A DNA stretch of 64,000 bases from an uncultured Erysipelotrichaceae bacterium (GTDB lineage Bacteria; Bacillota_I; Bacilli_A; RF39; UBA660): positions 76,603 to 140,602 of the forward strand of contig CADBGE010000001.1 in NCBI GenBank assembly GCA_902794075.1, written 5' to 3'. The notes under the pieces were generated by a model. That model made no database searches, was not told where the DNA came from, and saw only the letters and a program-made list of their open reading frames with translations. A program made the position numbers and the translations under genes. Position 1 is the first letter of the stretch. Each line of letters begins with the position of its first letter. Positions 39,652 to 47,245 of this stretch are shown here, piece after piece.

Positions 39652-40035
39652 TGGTGGACCTTGAGGGAATCGAACCCTCGTCCAAGCAATTCAACCTATC
39701 AGCTTTCTACATGCTTGTTTCGTTCGTTAATTTCGGTAACAATCAGCCAAACGAACAAAACCGACCTTTTACCTATCTCATTATGTGAATCTACTCGACG
39801 GTATACTTGAGAGTCCTACCCCGTCCAGTCATCTGTAACAATGCGCTGTATATTCTTAAACCCAGTGACCAAATTTTTGAACCAGCGTCAAGCAGTCAAT
39901 CCTAGATCAAGCTGCGAGAGCAAAAGTATCTTCGCCATCTAAAAGTGTCAATCGAAAGTTTAAAGAGTTCTTCACGATCATTCCTCTGCATGCTTACCAA
40001 TTTGTCAACATTGCTGTCAAATCCAAGTAAGGCCC
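39652..40035 (-). ncRNA. ssrA: tmRNA (ssrA), phage-encoded, tag GEDTFALAA
   Basis: 5' GGGCCUUACUUGGAUUUGACAGC and ...GCAUGCAGAGG resemble the tmRNA consensus. 3' GGACGAGGGUUCGAUUCCCUCAAGGUCCACCA has a T-arm and an encoded CCA. The acceptor GGGCCUU/AAGGUCC contains G3:U70. The tag frame GGC GAA GAU ACU UUU GCU CUC GCA GCU UGA lies at 39936-39907. Confidence 0.9.
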
Positions 40036-40058
40036 ATGTTTTACATTTTATAATATAT

Positions 40059-40087
40059 AATATATAAATTATTAGAAAAAAATTCAA
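40059..40087 (-). promoter_or_regulatory. sigma-70-like promoter TTGAAT-N17-TATATT upstream of the tmRNA
   Basis: Minus strand: TTGAAT (40087-40082), 17 nt, TATATT (40064-40059), 23 nt before the mature tmRNA 5' G at 40035. Confidence 0.55.
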
Positions 40088-40092
40088 TATCT

Positions 40093-40707
40093 TTATTCTA
40101 TTATGAACATGTACCAATATTCCATGTATTCTTTTCCATTGTAATTGACATGCATATTAAGTTTCAATAAATTACATTTATGTTTACCTAATTGTTCTTC
40201 CCATACTGTTGCAGTGCAATTCATTTTCTGATGTATGATTCTTGATTTCCATGTATCTGTTATATCATTTATAAATTTTGGAACAATCTTATCTAATGCA
40301 TCAAAACTATCATAATTTTTCCAGCCAACTACAATGTTACCATCACAAAATCGTTCAATTACTTCATACATATCGTCAGACTTTCCAAAATTGTCTTCCC
40401 AAGGTTCAAAATAGTCTCTGACTGTAAACTCTTCTGAATCATCCCAAAGAGCAGGATCATTCTTGCCTGATTTTGCAATGTATTCAACCGTATCATACAA
40501 GTCGTCATCACTATTTATAGATTCAATTTTATCAAACACTTCATTATTATATAATTTAGTGTTTTTATTTATGACAAGTTTTTCATTCACTTGCGATGGA
40601 AATATGACAAGTTTTTCATCTACTTGTGATGGACGTATTATTAGTTTTTCATTTATTGAAATCGAAGGTTGCTTCTTATATTTTAGATATTGTTTTAATG
40701 TTTTCAT
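40093..40707 (-). CDS. hypothetical protein, leader with two FPSQV-type units
   Basis: 204 aa. Starts MKTLKQYLKYKKQPSISINEKLIIRPSQVDEKLVIFPSQVNEKLVINKN. Confidence 0.7.
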   Translation of the reverse strand: MKTLKQYLKYKKQPSISINEKLIIRPSQVDEKLVIFPSQVNEKLVINKNTKLYNNEVFDKIESINSDDDLYDTVEYIAKSGKNDPALWDDSEEFTVRDYFEPWEDNFGKSDDMYEVIERFCDGNIVVGWKNYDSFDALDKIVPKFINDITDTWKSRIIHQKMNCTATVWEEQLGKHKCNLLKLNMHVNYNGKEYMEYWYMFIIE

Positions 40708-40783
40708 TTTATTATGATTTATACATTGAGCTAAAATAATAAAAAGCTCAAAGAAATTGTCATCACCAAATAAGGCTCACGTT

Positions 40784-41416
40784 TCATATTAGTGATAACT
40801 TATTCAAAATACTTGATGGAACATAATCATCAGCATAAACATTTTCAAAATCATCATTTGAAACTTTGTCTGATCTAATTGTTCCGCATGTAAATTCTTT
40901 AACTATATCACGTCTTTCGTTAGTTAATGTAGGTAAGAATTTATCGTTTCCTTCCAACATGTTGTTCATTAATTGATTTGCGTTAACGATTTTTACAGAA
41001 TTAAAATTATGTGAATAACATACATAATAATTATTAACGTCATTTCCAAAATTGACAAGTGAACGTGCTGTTGGCGGTCCGTAAACAATTTTTCTACTGT
41101 TTGATGGTTGAGAAACTTTAATGTCAATATGAATTTCTGACTTGCCATTAGTTAATATAATATCGCCATACTGCAGATCATTTTTTGTAGAATATGTCAT
41201 ACCGTTATCCTTTAACCATTCACGTAATGTCATTGCAGTATATTCAGTATTCGCTTCATTAAAAGCTTCACACCATTTTTCTGCTTGCGTATCTGCAATA
41301 TCATATGACCTTTTTTCCATTGGATTCAATTTTGGATTCAAATTCTTAATGGTCTTCCACAAATTATTTAGACCAGAATTTGAACTTTCTTTAATATAGT
41401 TAATGAGTGATTTCAT
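40784..41416 (-). CDS. hypothetical protein with MKSL leader
   Basis: 210 aa. Starts MKSLINYIKE. A possible D...D-x-K nuclease-like pattern (GDIIL...IHIDIKVS) is only weakly supported. Confidence 0.65.
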   Translation of the reverse strand: MKSLINYIKESSNSGLNNLWKTIKNLNPKLNPMEKRSYDIADTQAEKWCEAFNEANTEYTAMTLREWLKDNGMTYSTKNDLQYGDIILTNGKSEIHIDIKVSQPSNSRKIVYGPPTARSLVNFGNDVNNYYVCYSHNFNSVKIVNANQLMNNMLEGNDKFLPTLTNERRDIVKEFTCGTIRSDKVSNDDFENVYADDYVPSSILNKLSLI

Positions 41417-41445
41417 TGTTATTACTTTTTATTTAATTATTATAT

Positions 41446-41474
41446 AATATAAAAATATTTTTCTTTAAATTTAA
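41446..41474 (-). promoter_or_regulatory. sigma-70-like promoter TTAAAT-N17-TATATT
   Basis: Minus strand: TTAAAT (41474-41469), 17 nt, TATATT (41451-41446), 29 nt upstream of ATG 41416. Confidence 0.5.
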
Positions 41475-41477
41475 AAA

Positions 41478-42536
41478 TCATTTAAAAATTTTGTCTAAAT
41501 CTTCAATGTCTCCTTCAGGCTCAACAGTTTCAATGGATATATCGTCAATGTCAGCATCAGATAAATTTACATCAGCAGGTACACAATATTTAATACCTTC
41601 AATATCTTTTTTACTGAGTTTTCTTGGTCTTTCATTCCAATAACTTTCATCAATATTTGATTCGGCAATGATTTCATTTGTCTTAGTCATAGTCTCATAT
41701 ATAAATTGTTTTTCTTTATAATTGTCCAAAGTGTAATATCTTAAAGATGTTACTGTTTTAAACATGCATTCACAATAAACACAAATTTTTTCATATGTGT
41801 TTTCTGTTACATATATTGTTGGATTAAATAGTTTATAATATTTTGTCACATAGTTAATTAGTTTATTAGAAACATTTCTTGTACAGAATAAGAATATTTC
41901 TCCTTGTCTAGGATCTTTTAATTTTTTTGCATCAAATGAAATAAATAAACCAACAACATTTTTAACATTTTTACTTTTTAACTGATCTTTTATAATTGAT
42001 TCAACGTCGAAATTTTCATTTTCTTTTGAAGCATATGTCGTTAATTCATAATCAATATTATATTTATCTTTAGCCATTTTTCTAATTTCATTGCATTTTG
42101 CCTTAAACTCTTTGCCGTGAGCTTGTTTTGGATATGTACAATCAATAGAAGTCCAAAGATGAACCATTTCATGAATTAGTGTGTCTTCATACTTTGTTAT
42201 AGACATTGGTATATTACTATTAATATATATGTATGGCTTCATATCTAAAATGTTGGTGACTTCTTTAGACGATGACTGAAAATGCATAATGTATTTTCCA
42301 TTTTTAAGTTTATTCTTAAAATATACACCAGATTCATGAAATCCTTGAACACCTAACATACTACCTTTTATTAATTTTCCATGAGTATATTGTATGTCTA
42401 TTTCTTCTGCATTAGGCAATTCATTAAAAAAATATTCAGCATTGAATTTATTATAATGTTCAATCATCCATTCAGTAGATATTTTTTCATATGATGATTC
42501 TTTTATATAATCAATTAAACTCTTCATATATGACAT
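41478..42536 (-). CDS. SprT-like zinc metalloprotease domain protein with MKSL leader
   Basis: 352 aa. Starts MSYMKSLIDYIKE (an alternative ATG at 42527 gives a canonical MKSL start). HExxH motif TLIHEMVHLW. Confidence 0.65.
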   Translation of the reverse strand: MSYMKSLIDYIKESSYEKISTEWMIEHYNKFNAEYFFNELPNAEEIDIQYTHGKLIKGSMLGVQGFHESGVYFKNKLKNGKYIMHFQSSSKEVTNILDMKPYIYINSNIPMSITKYEDTLIHEMVHLWTSIDCTYPKQAHGKEFKAKCNEIRKMAKDKYNIDYELTTYASKENENFDVESIIKDQLKSKNVKNVVGLFISFDAKKLKDPRQGEIFLFCTRNVSNKLINYVTKYYKLFNPTIYVTENTYEKICVYCECMFKTVTSLRYYTLDNYKEKQFIYETMTKTNEIIAESNIDESYWNERPRKLSKKDIEGIKYCVPADVNLSDADIDDISIETVEPEGDIEDLDKIFK

Positions 42537-42621
42537 AAAATTCTATAATTAAAAATAAAAATATGTCATCAATATACTTTTATACATATATTGATGACAT
42601 ATAATTTATCTTGTTTAACTA

Positions 42622-43275
42622 TTAGGGCCATTCACCAAGAGGCATATTCAAATTTGCAGGAAACACTGGATTCTTATCAACTACGTTTCCAGTACCTGCA
42701 TCAACATAAAGTTGAGCCTGCGAATTTCCAAAGATGTATTGAGGATTTGCATCAATAGGTCCAACTTCCTTACGTAGTACAATATGACGGCTATGTGGCT
42801 TCGGATAATTTACAGCCATAACCTTATCGTATGCATCCTTAAATGATACCTTGATTGCGTCCTCATTCATTGGCTTATCCTCTACCCAGAACCCTCGCTT
42901 AACATCAACCTGAGTACTGTCTCCAACATGAGTAATCATAACTACATTAACATCAGCGCCATTACCCTTCTCAAAAACAACTTGGAAAATATTAGATACA
43001 CCTGTAATAGTACCATCATTTTCCTCATCCAGGAAATCCTTTAGTACAATACATGTCTCATACCAACGGTAATCCTTACCATAAGTGTTAAACATGTACT
43101 GCTTGTCAAGATTTACAAGATTCTCAACATTCAATTCAGCAGTCTGTCCGTCAACAACTTGAGTTGTGTCGACCTTTGTGTCATTAGGAACTGTGTTCTT
43201 GTTATTGTCACAACTAATCATTGCAAAACTAAGAACCAAGCTAATCAATAGACTAAAAATAAAAGTCTTCTTCAT
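42622..43275 (-). CDS. lipoprotein
   Basis: 217 aa. Signal peptide MKKTFIFSLLISLVLSFAMISC with a lipobox-like ISC cysteine followed by DNNKN. Confidence 0.7.
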   Translation of the reverse strand: MKKTFIFSLLISLVLSFAMISCDNNKNTVPNDTKVDTTQVVDGQTAELNVENLVNLDKQYMFNTYGKDYRWYETCIVLKDFLDEENDGTITGVSNIFQVVFEKGNGADVNVVMITHVGDSTQVDVKRGFWVEDKPMNEDAIKVSFKDAYDKVMAVNYPKPHSRHIVLRKEVGPIDANPQYIFGNSQAQLYVDAGTGNVVDKNPVFPANLNMPLGEWP

Positions 43276-43537
43276 AATCTTAAAATGTTTAATTTAAATT
43301 AGTTAATATATAATATTTATGTTTATTGTAATTATAATATAGAAAAGTAAAACTAAAAAATTTCAATATTTTAGGATTCTTTTTTCATATGTTCCATTAT
43401 TTTTTACTATGTTGATACCGTTAAACGGATGATTAGATGAATGTCCTTGAAGATCGTAATAGATCATATCATCATTATCATTATGATTAATCATATTATC
43501 ATGAATATTGTTTACACAAGTTAATTTTTAATTTTAG

Positions 43538-43609
43538 TTGCCTCGCCAGGATTCGAACCTGAACCAACAGCTCCAAAAACTGTTGTGCTTACCGTTACAC
43601 CATGAGGCA
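43538..43609 (-). tRNA. tRNA-Gln(TTG)
   Basis: 72 nt. Acceptor tgcctca/cgaggca, D arm gtgt-aacggtaa-gcac, anticodon arm acagt-ttTTGga-gctgt, T arm tcagg-ttcgaat-cctgg. Confidence 0.85.
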
Positions 43610-43620
43610 AAATAAAAAAT

Positions 43621-43815
43621 GTGAGTAGATTTACGAGCTACGGACTGTGAAGGATTTATGAACTTATCAACCTTCTCTGTTGCGTTGCCTCTTATGGCCT
43701 CTCACGATAACCAACACGTTTCATCAAGCGAGGATATATTCTCCAGTCTACATACAATAATTACACCGGTTCATTATCATACTTACACTGATCCTACTCA
43801 GTGGTCTATACTCAC
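43621..43815 (-). ncRNA. structured non-coding module (about 195 nt) closed by a terminal helix
   Basis: No credible ORF here. gtgagta (43621-43627) pairs with tactcac (43809-43815), and internal hairpins are present. Lies between the GIY-YIG gene and tRNA-Gln. Strand inferred from context. Confidence 0.3.
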
Positions 43816-43919
43816 ATTTTATATTTTCCATAATATATTCAAAGTGATGGTTAAACATCATCGCAAATTCACACGGATTAATACGATATCCTTTTAAGAC
43901 AAGTTGCTATATTATGGAT

Positions 43920-45035
43920 TTATTTTTTAAATGGTTTTCCAAATTTCCAACCATTATTTAAATATTCTTCAAATTTTTCTTTCGGTAATCTTATTACTTC
44001 ATCATCTTTATACATCCATTTTCTACCTTTATGTGGACTTGTTCCTTTTTGTTTCCAATGTTTATTTTTGTTTACTCCAACAAATTCTCCAGATATATAT
44101 CGTTTATCTGTTTTATCAACAAAAAATGTATTACCATTATTATCTTTAACGGCTACTTTATTTTTCATATATTCATAATCATTATTTCTAAATTTGATAA
44201 TTTCACCGGTTTTAAATCTTGGATCATTTTTATTAACTAATCCTAATTTATTTCCATTCTTGTCTATGGCAGGTATTTTGTTTTTGTAATATGATACAAA
44301 TTCACCAGATATATATCGTTCGTCTGTTTTATCAACAAAAAATACATTACCATTATTATCTTCAACAAGGATATGTGTTTTATAAAAATTACTATAATCT
44401 TTTTGTGACCCAATTTTTCGTTCAATTTTATTTTCTGTTTTTTCAGTTCGACCAATTTTATATCCTTTATCTAAATAATACTGTAATTTATCTTTTTGAA
44501 TAAATTTTGTTTCATCATCATTATGAATCCAAACTTTATTACTTGATGCAATTTTATGTTTTGTAGTGTCATTAACTTTAAAACCTTTGTTCCATCCATT
44601 AGATAAATATATTTCTAAATCTTCTCGTTTTATTCTTTTATTTATATAAACATTATTTTCAATTTTATAAATACAAACAGTATTATATTGAGAATTTTTT
44701 TCTCCTTTTTGTTTTTCAGAATTAATTTGTCCAATATGTTTTAACAGTTCTTCATCTAAATAATAACCACCAGGAACCATATTATAACAATTATTATCAT
44801 TAACTAATTCTTCTGTTACAATAGATTTTTCAAGTTGACAAAGCTCATTCCAATCATTACAGTATTGTATAATTTCTTTAGTAAAATTTTCTATACCGTA
44901 TTTTTTATAAGCCGCATGTAATCGTTTTCCAGAACCCATGTACCCATCATCTAAATTTGATGTTTTGTGAATTCCGTAATAAAAATGATTATTTACATTA
45001 TTTGTTATTTTATATAAATAAAAATATGTTTTCAT
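43920..45035 (-). CDS. GIY-YIG homing endonuclease (Seg-like)
   Basis: 371 aa. N-terminus YLYKITNNVNNHFYYGIHKT...GYMGSGKRLHAAYKKYGIENF is a GIY-YIG module. The C-terminal half is repetitive (FFVDKTDxRYISGEFV). Embedded in the tRNA array. Confidence 0.8.
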   Translation of the reverse strand: MKTYFYLYKITNNVNNHFYYGIHKTSNLDDGYMGSGKRLHAAYKKYGIENFTKEIIQYCNDWNELCQLEKSIVTEELVNDNNCYNMVPGGYYLDEELLKHIGQINSEKQKGEKNSQYNTVCIYKIENNVYINKRIKREDLEIYLSNGWNKGFKVNDTTKHKIASSNKVWIHNDDETKFIQKDKLQYYLDKGYKIGRTEKTENKIERKIGSQKDYSNFYKTHILVEDNNGNVFFVDKTDERYISGEFVSYYKNKIPAIDKNGNKLGLVNKNDPRFKTGEIIKFRNNDYEYMKNKVAVKDNNGNTFFVDKTDKRYISGEFVGVNKNKHWKQKGTSPHKGRKWMYKDDEVIRLPKEKFEEYLNNGWKFGKPFKK

Positions 45036-45095
45036 AATTAAAATCCATTAACCATTTATATATATAAAAATAAAATAATTAATGAAATAATTTTG

Positions 45096-45181
45096 TACCG
45101 GGAACAGGAATTGCACCTGCACTTCCTTCACAGGAAAACAGATTTTAAGTCTGTCGCGTCTACTTGTTTCGCCATCCCGGC
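45096..45181 (-). tRNA. tRNA-Leu(TAA), class II, non-canonical D and T loops
   Basis: 86 nt. Acceptor gccggga/tcccggt, anticodon arm acaga-ctTAAaa-tctgt, 17-nt variable arm. T loop is tgcaatt and the D loop aaacaagtaga lacks GG. Confidence 0.75.
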
Positions 45182-45195
45182 AGAGAATATTTTAG

Positions 45196-45267
45196 AGCCG
45201 CTACTCCGAATCGAACGGAGATCTCATGATTACAAGTCAAGCGTAATAACCTTTATACTATAGCGGC
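45196..45267 (-). tRNA. tRNA-Thr(TGT)
   Basis: 72 nt. Perfect acceptor gccgcta/tagcggc, anticodon arm cttga-ctTGTaa-tcatg (one U-U mismatch), T arm ctccg-ttcgatt-cggag. Confidence 0.75.
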
Positions 45268-45302
45268 AATTTATATAATTAATATAATAATGTTTTTATA
45301 AT

Positions 45303-45857
45303 TTATTCAAAGCATTCACTATATTTTTCAATATCTTCTACAGAAAAATATTTCTTATATTTCTCAAGAATTTTCAGTCCATGCTCATGAATATACTCAA
45401 GTAATGGATTTGAGTTCTTCAGTCCTCCTGATTCAAAATTATAAAAATATATTATTGCATCAAGATTATCAATAAAGTCACCTCTAACATCAATATCATT
45501 ACTAAATAGCCAATCAACAAAATCCTCATATAATTTATGATAACCATTCCAAGAACATATATTTCTATTCTTTCTATCTATATGTTTTGATTGATCCTTC
45601 ATTCTAATAAGATTTATTTCGTCATAACACAAAATTTCATCAAGTGCTATTTCAAAATTAAATTTAGAAAAAGGTCTTTTATCATTACTAAGATAAATGT
45701 GTATATGAGGTCTTTGCCTATCTCCGGCATTAGTTCCATGAACAGTAATATAATAATCTATTTTATTTAGTACAGGATATCCTATACTTGCCATTTCTAC
45801 TACATAATCCCATTCAGGATTGAACTGTTCATCCACGTATGTATTTAGATGTTTCAT
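45303..45857 (-). CDS. hypothetical protein with leader-like N-terminus
   Basis: 184 aa. Starts MKHLNTYVDE. Located between tRNA sub-clusters. Confidence 0.65.
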   Translation of the reverse strand: MKHLNTYVDEQFNPEWDYVVEMASIGYPVLNKIDYYITVHGTNAGDRQRPHIHIYLSNDKRPFSKFNFEIALDEILCYDEINLIRMKDQSKHIDRKNRNICSWNGYHKLYEDFVDWLFSNDIDVRGDFIDNLDAIIYFYNFESGGLKNSNPLLEYIHEHGLKILEKYKKYFSVEDIEKYSECFE

Positions 45858-45872
45858 TTTTATTATATTTTG

Positions 45873-45947
45873 TGGTCCCTGACGGCGCCGCCCCGTCCAC
45901 CCCGAAATTAAAAGTTTCGTGCTCTACTAATCATGAGCTAAGGAACC
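45873..45947 (-). tRNA. tRNA-Lys(TTT) with aberrant T loop
   Basis: 75 nt. Acceptor ggttcct/agggacc, anticodon arm cgaaa-ctTTTaa-tttcg. The T arm is gacgg-GGCGGCG-ccgtc (no TTC) and the D loop atgattagta lacks GG. Confidence 0.65.
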
Positions 45948-45953
45948 TATTTG

Positions 45954-46026
45954 AGCAGATGACGTGATTCGAACACGCAACTTTCAGATTGGAAATCTGA
46001 CGCTCTGCCAATTGAGTTACATCTGC
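45954..46026 (-). tRNA. tRNA-Trp(CCA)
   Basis: 73 nt. Acceptor gcagatg/catctgc, anticodon arm tcaga-ttCCAaa-tctga, T arm gcgtg-ttcgaat-cacgt. Confidence 0.85.
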
Positions 46027-46031
46027 AGCTG

Positions 46032-46115
46032 TGGGAGCGGGTCGACTCGAACGACCAGTCCAATTAAGGAATGGATTTACAGTCCATGCGGCTTCCAGTT
46101 ACCGGTTACGCTCCC
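46032..46115 (-). tRNA. tRNA-Tyr(GTA), class II
   Basis: 84 nt. Acceptor gggagcg/cgctccc, anticodon arm atgga-ctGTAaa-tccat, long variable arm, T arm ggtcg-ttcgagt-cgacc. Confidence 0.85.
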
Positions 46116-46130
46116 AATATTAAAGATTAG

Positions 46131-46296
46131 TCAGGTAAGATGGAATTGAACCACCACTAATATAAATTGATATTTTTAGATTTAGTACAATTAACATAAA
46201 CTACCAAATTCATATTACCTTTTATCCTTCCTGTACACACTATAGATAAAAACCTCCCATACCATCATGGGTGTGCTACCGTTACACCATTACCTG
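46131..46296 (-). ncRNA. tRNA-like gene with about 95-nt internal insertion, anticodon unassigned
   Basis: Perfect acceptor caggtaa/ttacctg, D arm gtgt-aacggta-gcac, T arm ggtgg-ttcaatt-ccatc. The anticodon-position hairpin cccat-gatggt-atggg has a 6-nt loop, and about 95 nt (two hairpins) lie between the variable-loop position and the T arm. Confidence 0.4.
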
Positions 46297-46301
46297 ATAT
46301 A

Positions 46302-46631
46302 TTATTCTTTAACGTCTTTAGACATAATAACTTCATCAGGATAAAATTCTAAAAATGTTTTAAGTACTTCATTATAAAATATATAAGTAACTAAGCCTTT
46401 TCTTGATGAAGTAATTGTTTTACTTAATGTGAAGTAATACTTTTCCGATTTGCCAATCATAGTCTTTCCAAGATCCCATACAATAATTGGTAAAACATTT
46501 CTATCGATCATATCAGAAATCTTTTTAATTATTTCATCAGATTTCATATTAGGTAAAGTACCATATATATGAATGATATTAGAACAATTAGATTTTGATT
46601 TTGTCTTAAATAATGAACTAAGAATATTCAT
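46302..46631 (-). CDS. hypothetical protein
   Basis: The track ORF 46302..46667 starts at a GTG that overlaps tRNA-Pro. The first ATG (MNILSSLFK...) is at 46631. Confidence 0.5.
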   Translation of the reverse strand: MNILSSLFKTKSKSNCSNIIHIYGTLPNMKSDEIIKKISDMIDRNVLPIIVWDLGKTMIGKSEKYYFTLSKTITSSRKGLVTYIFYNEVLKTFLEFYPDEVIMSKDVKE

Positions 46632-46652
46632 GATTAATTCTTTAAATATTTT

Positions 46653-46728
46653 TGGTAGGGTAAACACGGCTCGAACGTGCGACCTCTACATCCCAAATGT
46701 AGCATTCTACCTACTGAACTATTACCCT
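46653..46728 (-). tRNA. tRNA-Pro(TGG), CCA encoded
   Basis: 76 nt. Acceptor agggtaa/ttaccct, anticodon arm ctaca-ttTGGga-tgtag, T arm gcacg-ttcgagc-cgtgt, 3' ACCA. Confidence 0.85.
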
Positions 46729-46839
46729 TGGCGCCGCCTTACTTATATTTTTACATTCAGTATATATCCTGAACACTGGGGCCGTGCGGCATGTTCTTTA
46801 TGAAGCTTCTCCCCATCTATTGGCCGAATAGAGTATGTG

Positions 46840-46914
46840 CGGTGCGTACGGGACTCGAACCCGTGACCTCCTGCGTGACAGACAGGCATTCCAAACCAAC
46901 TGAACTAACGCACC
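46840..46914 (-). tRNA. tRNA-Asp(GTC)
   Basis: 75 nt. Acceptor ggtgcgt/acgcacc, anticodon arm cctgt-ctGTCac-gcagg, T arm acggg-ttcgagt-cccgt. Confidence 0.85.
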
Positions 46915-46920
46915 AAAATA

Positions 46921-46988
46921 TGTTTGATTTATCATCGTGCTACCGTTACACTAAGGAGTCGAACCTAATCTTATGATATAATCAAACA
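46921..46988 (-). ncRNA. permuted tRNA-like element: long closing helix + T arm + D arm, no acceptor stem
   Basis: Minus-strand RNA: tgtttgattatatcat-aaga-[ttagg ttcgact cctta]-[gtgt aacggta gcac]-g-atgataaatcaaaca. The ends pair over about 15 bp. The D-arm sequence is identical to that of element 46131..46296. Confidence 0.35.
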
Positions 46989-47019
46989 CCTTAAAAATTC
47001 ACGTGAACTTTAATTTTTG

Positions 47020-47088
47020 TGGGAAACAGAGGACTCGAACCTCCTAATAGATTGTGATTATCTGCAGTTTCAAAATCTAATACCACCC
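47020..47088 (-). ncRNA. tRNA-like element (canonical T arm, weak acceptor, no D arm)
   Basis: The 3' part is ggagg-ttcgagt-cctct-gtttccc-a. An upstream 6-bp stem tagatt/aatcta encloses 20 nt beginning ttGAAac (Phe-like). The 5' strand gggtggt pairs only with wobbles. Confidence 0.3.
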
Positions 47089-47153
47089 AATTTTAAATTC
47101 AATTATGTACACTCGTTGAATACAAATTTTGTGTAGAATCCCATATTTAAAAG

Positions 47154-47227
47154 TTGCGTGGGGTCAGATTCGAACTGACGACCTTCTGCTTATGAGACAG
47201 ACGAGCTGACCACTGCTCCACCCCGCA
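47154..47227 (-). tRNA. tRNA-Met(CAT) (fMet-like body, bulged acceptor)
   Basis: 74 nt. TGCGGGGTGGAGCAGTGGTCAGCTCG... closely resembles the E. coli tRNA-fMet 5' half. Anticodon arm tctgt-ctCATaa-gcaga, T arm gtcag-ttcgaat-ctgac. The acceptor 3' strand ccc-a-cgca has one bulged A. Confidence 0.65.
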
Positions 47228-47245
47228 ATATATTTATCTATTTAG

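Noticed and set aside
39902-40117. 71-aa minus-strand ORF from the track
   Set aside because: It lies entirely over the tmRNA gene and its promoter, and the sequence is explained by the structured RNA.
43354-43494. 46-aa minus-strand ORF (MINHNDNDDMIYYDLQGH...) between the lipoprotein gene and tRNA-Gln, and a 31-aa ORF near 50860-50960
   Set aside because: They are too short and lack supporting motifs or a conserved leader, so they cannot be distinguished from chance ORFs without comparative or expression data.
46729-46839. Segment ending in GCGGCGCCA as an additional tRNA gene
   Set aside because: It has only a 5-6-bp terminal stem, one internal hairpin and a CCA end. I could not form a T arm, D arm or anticodon arm. 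It is mentioned only as a structured spacer.
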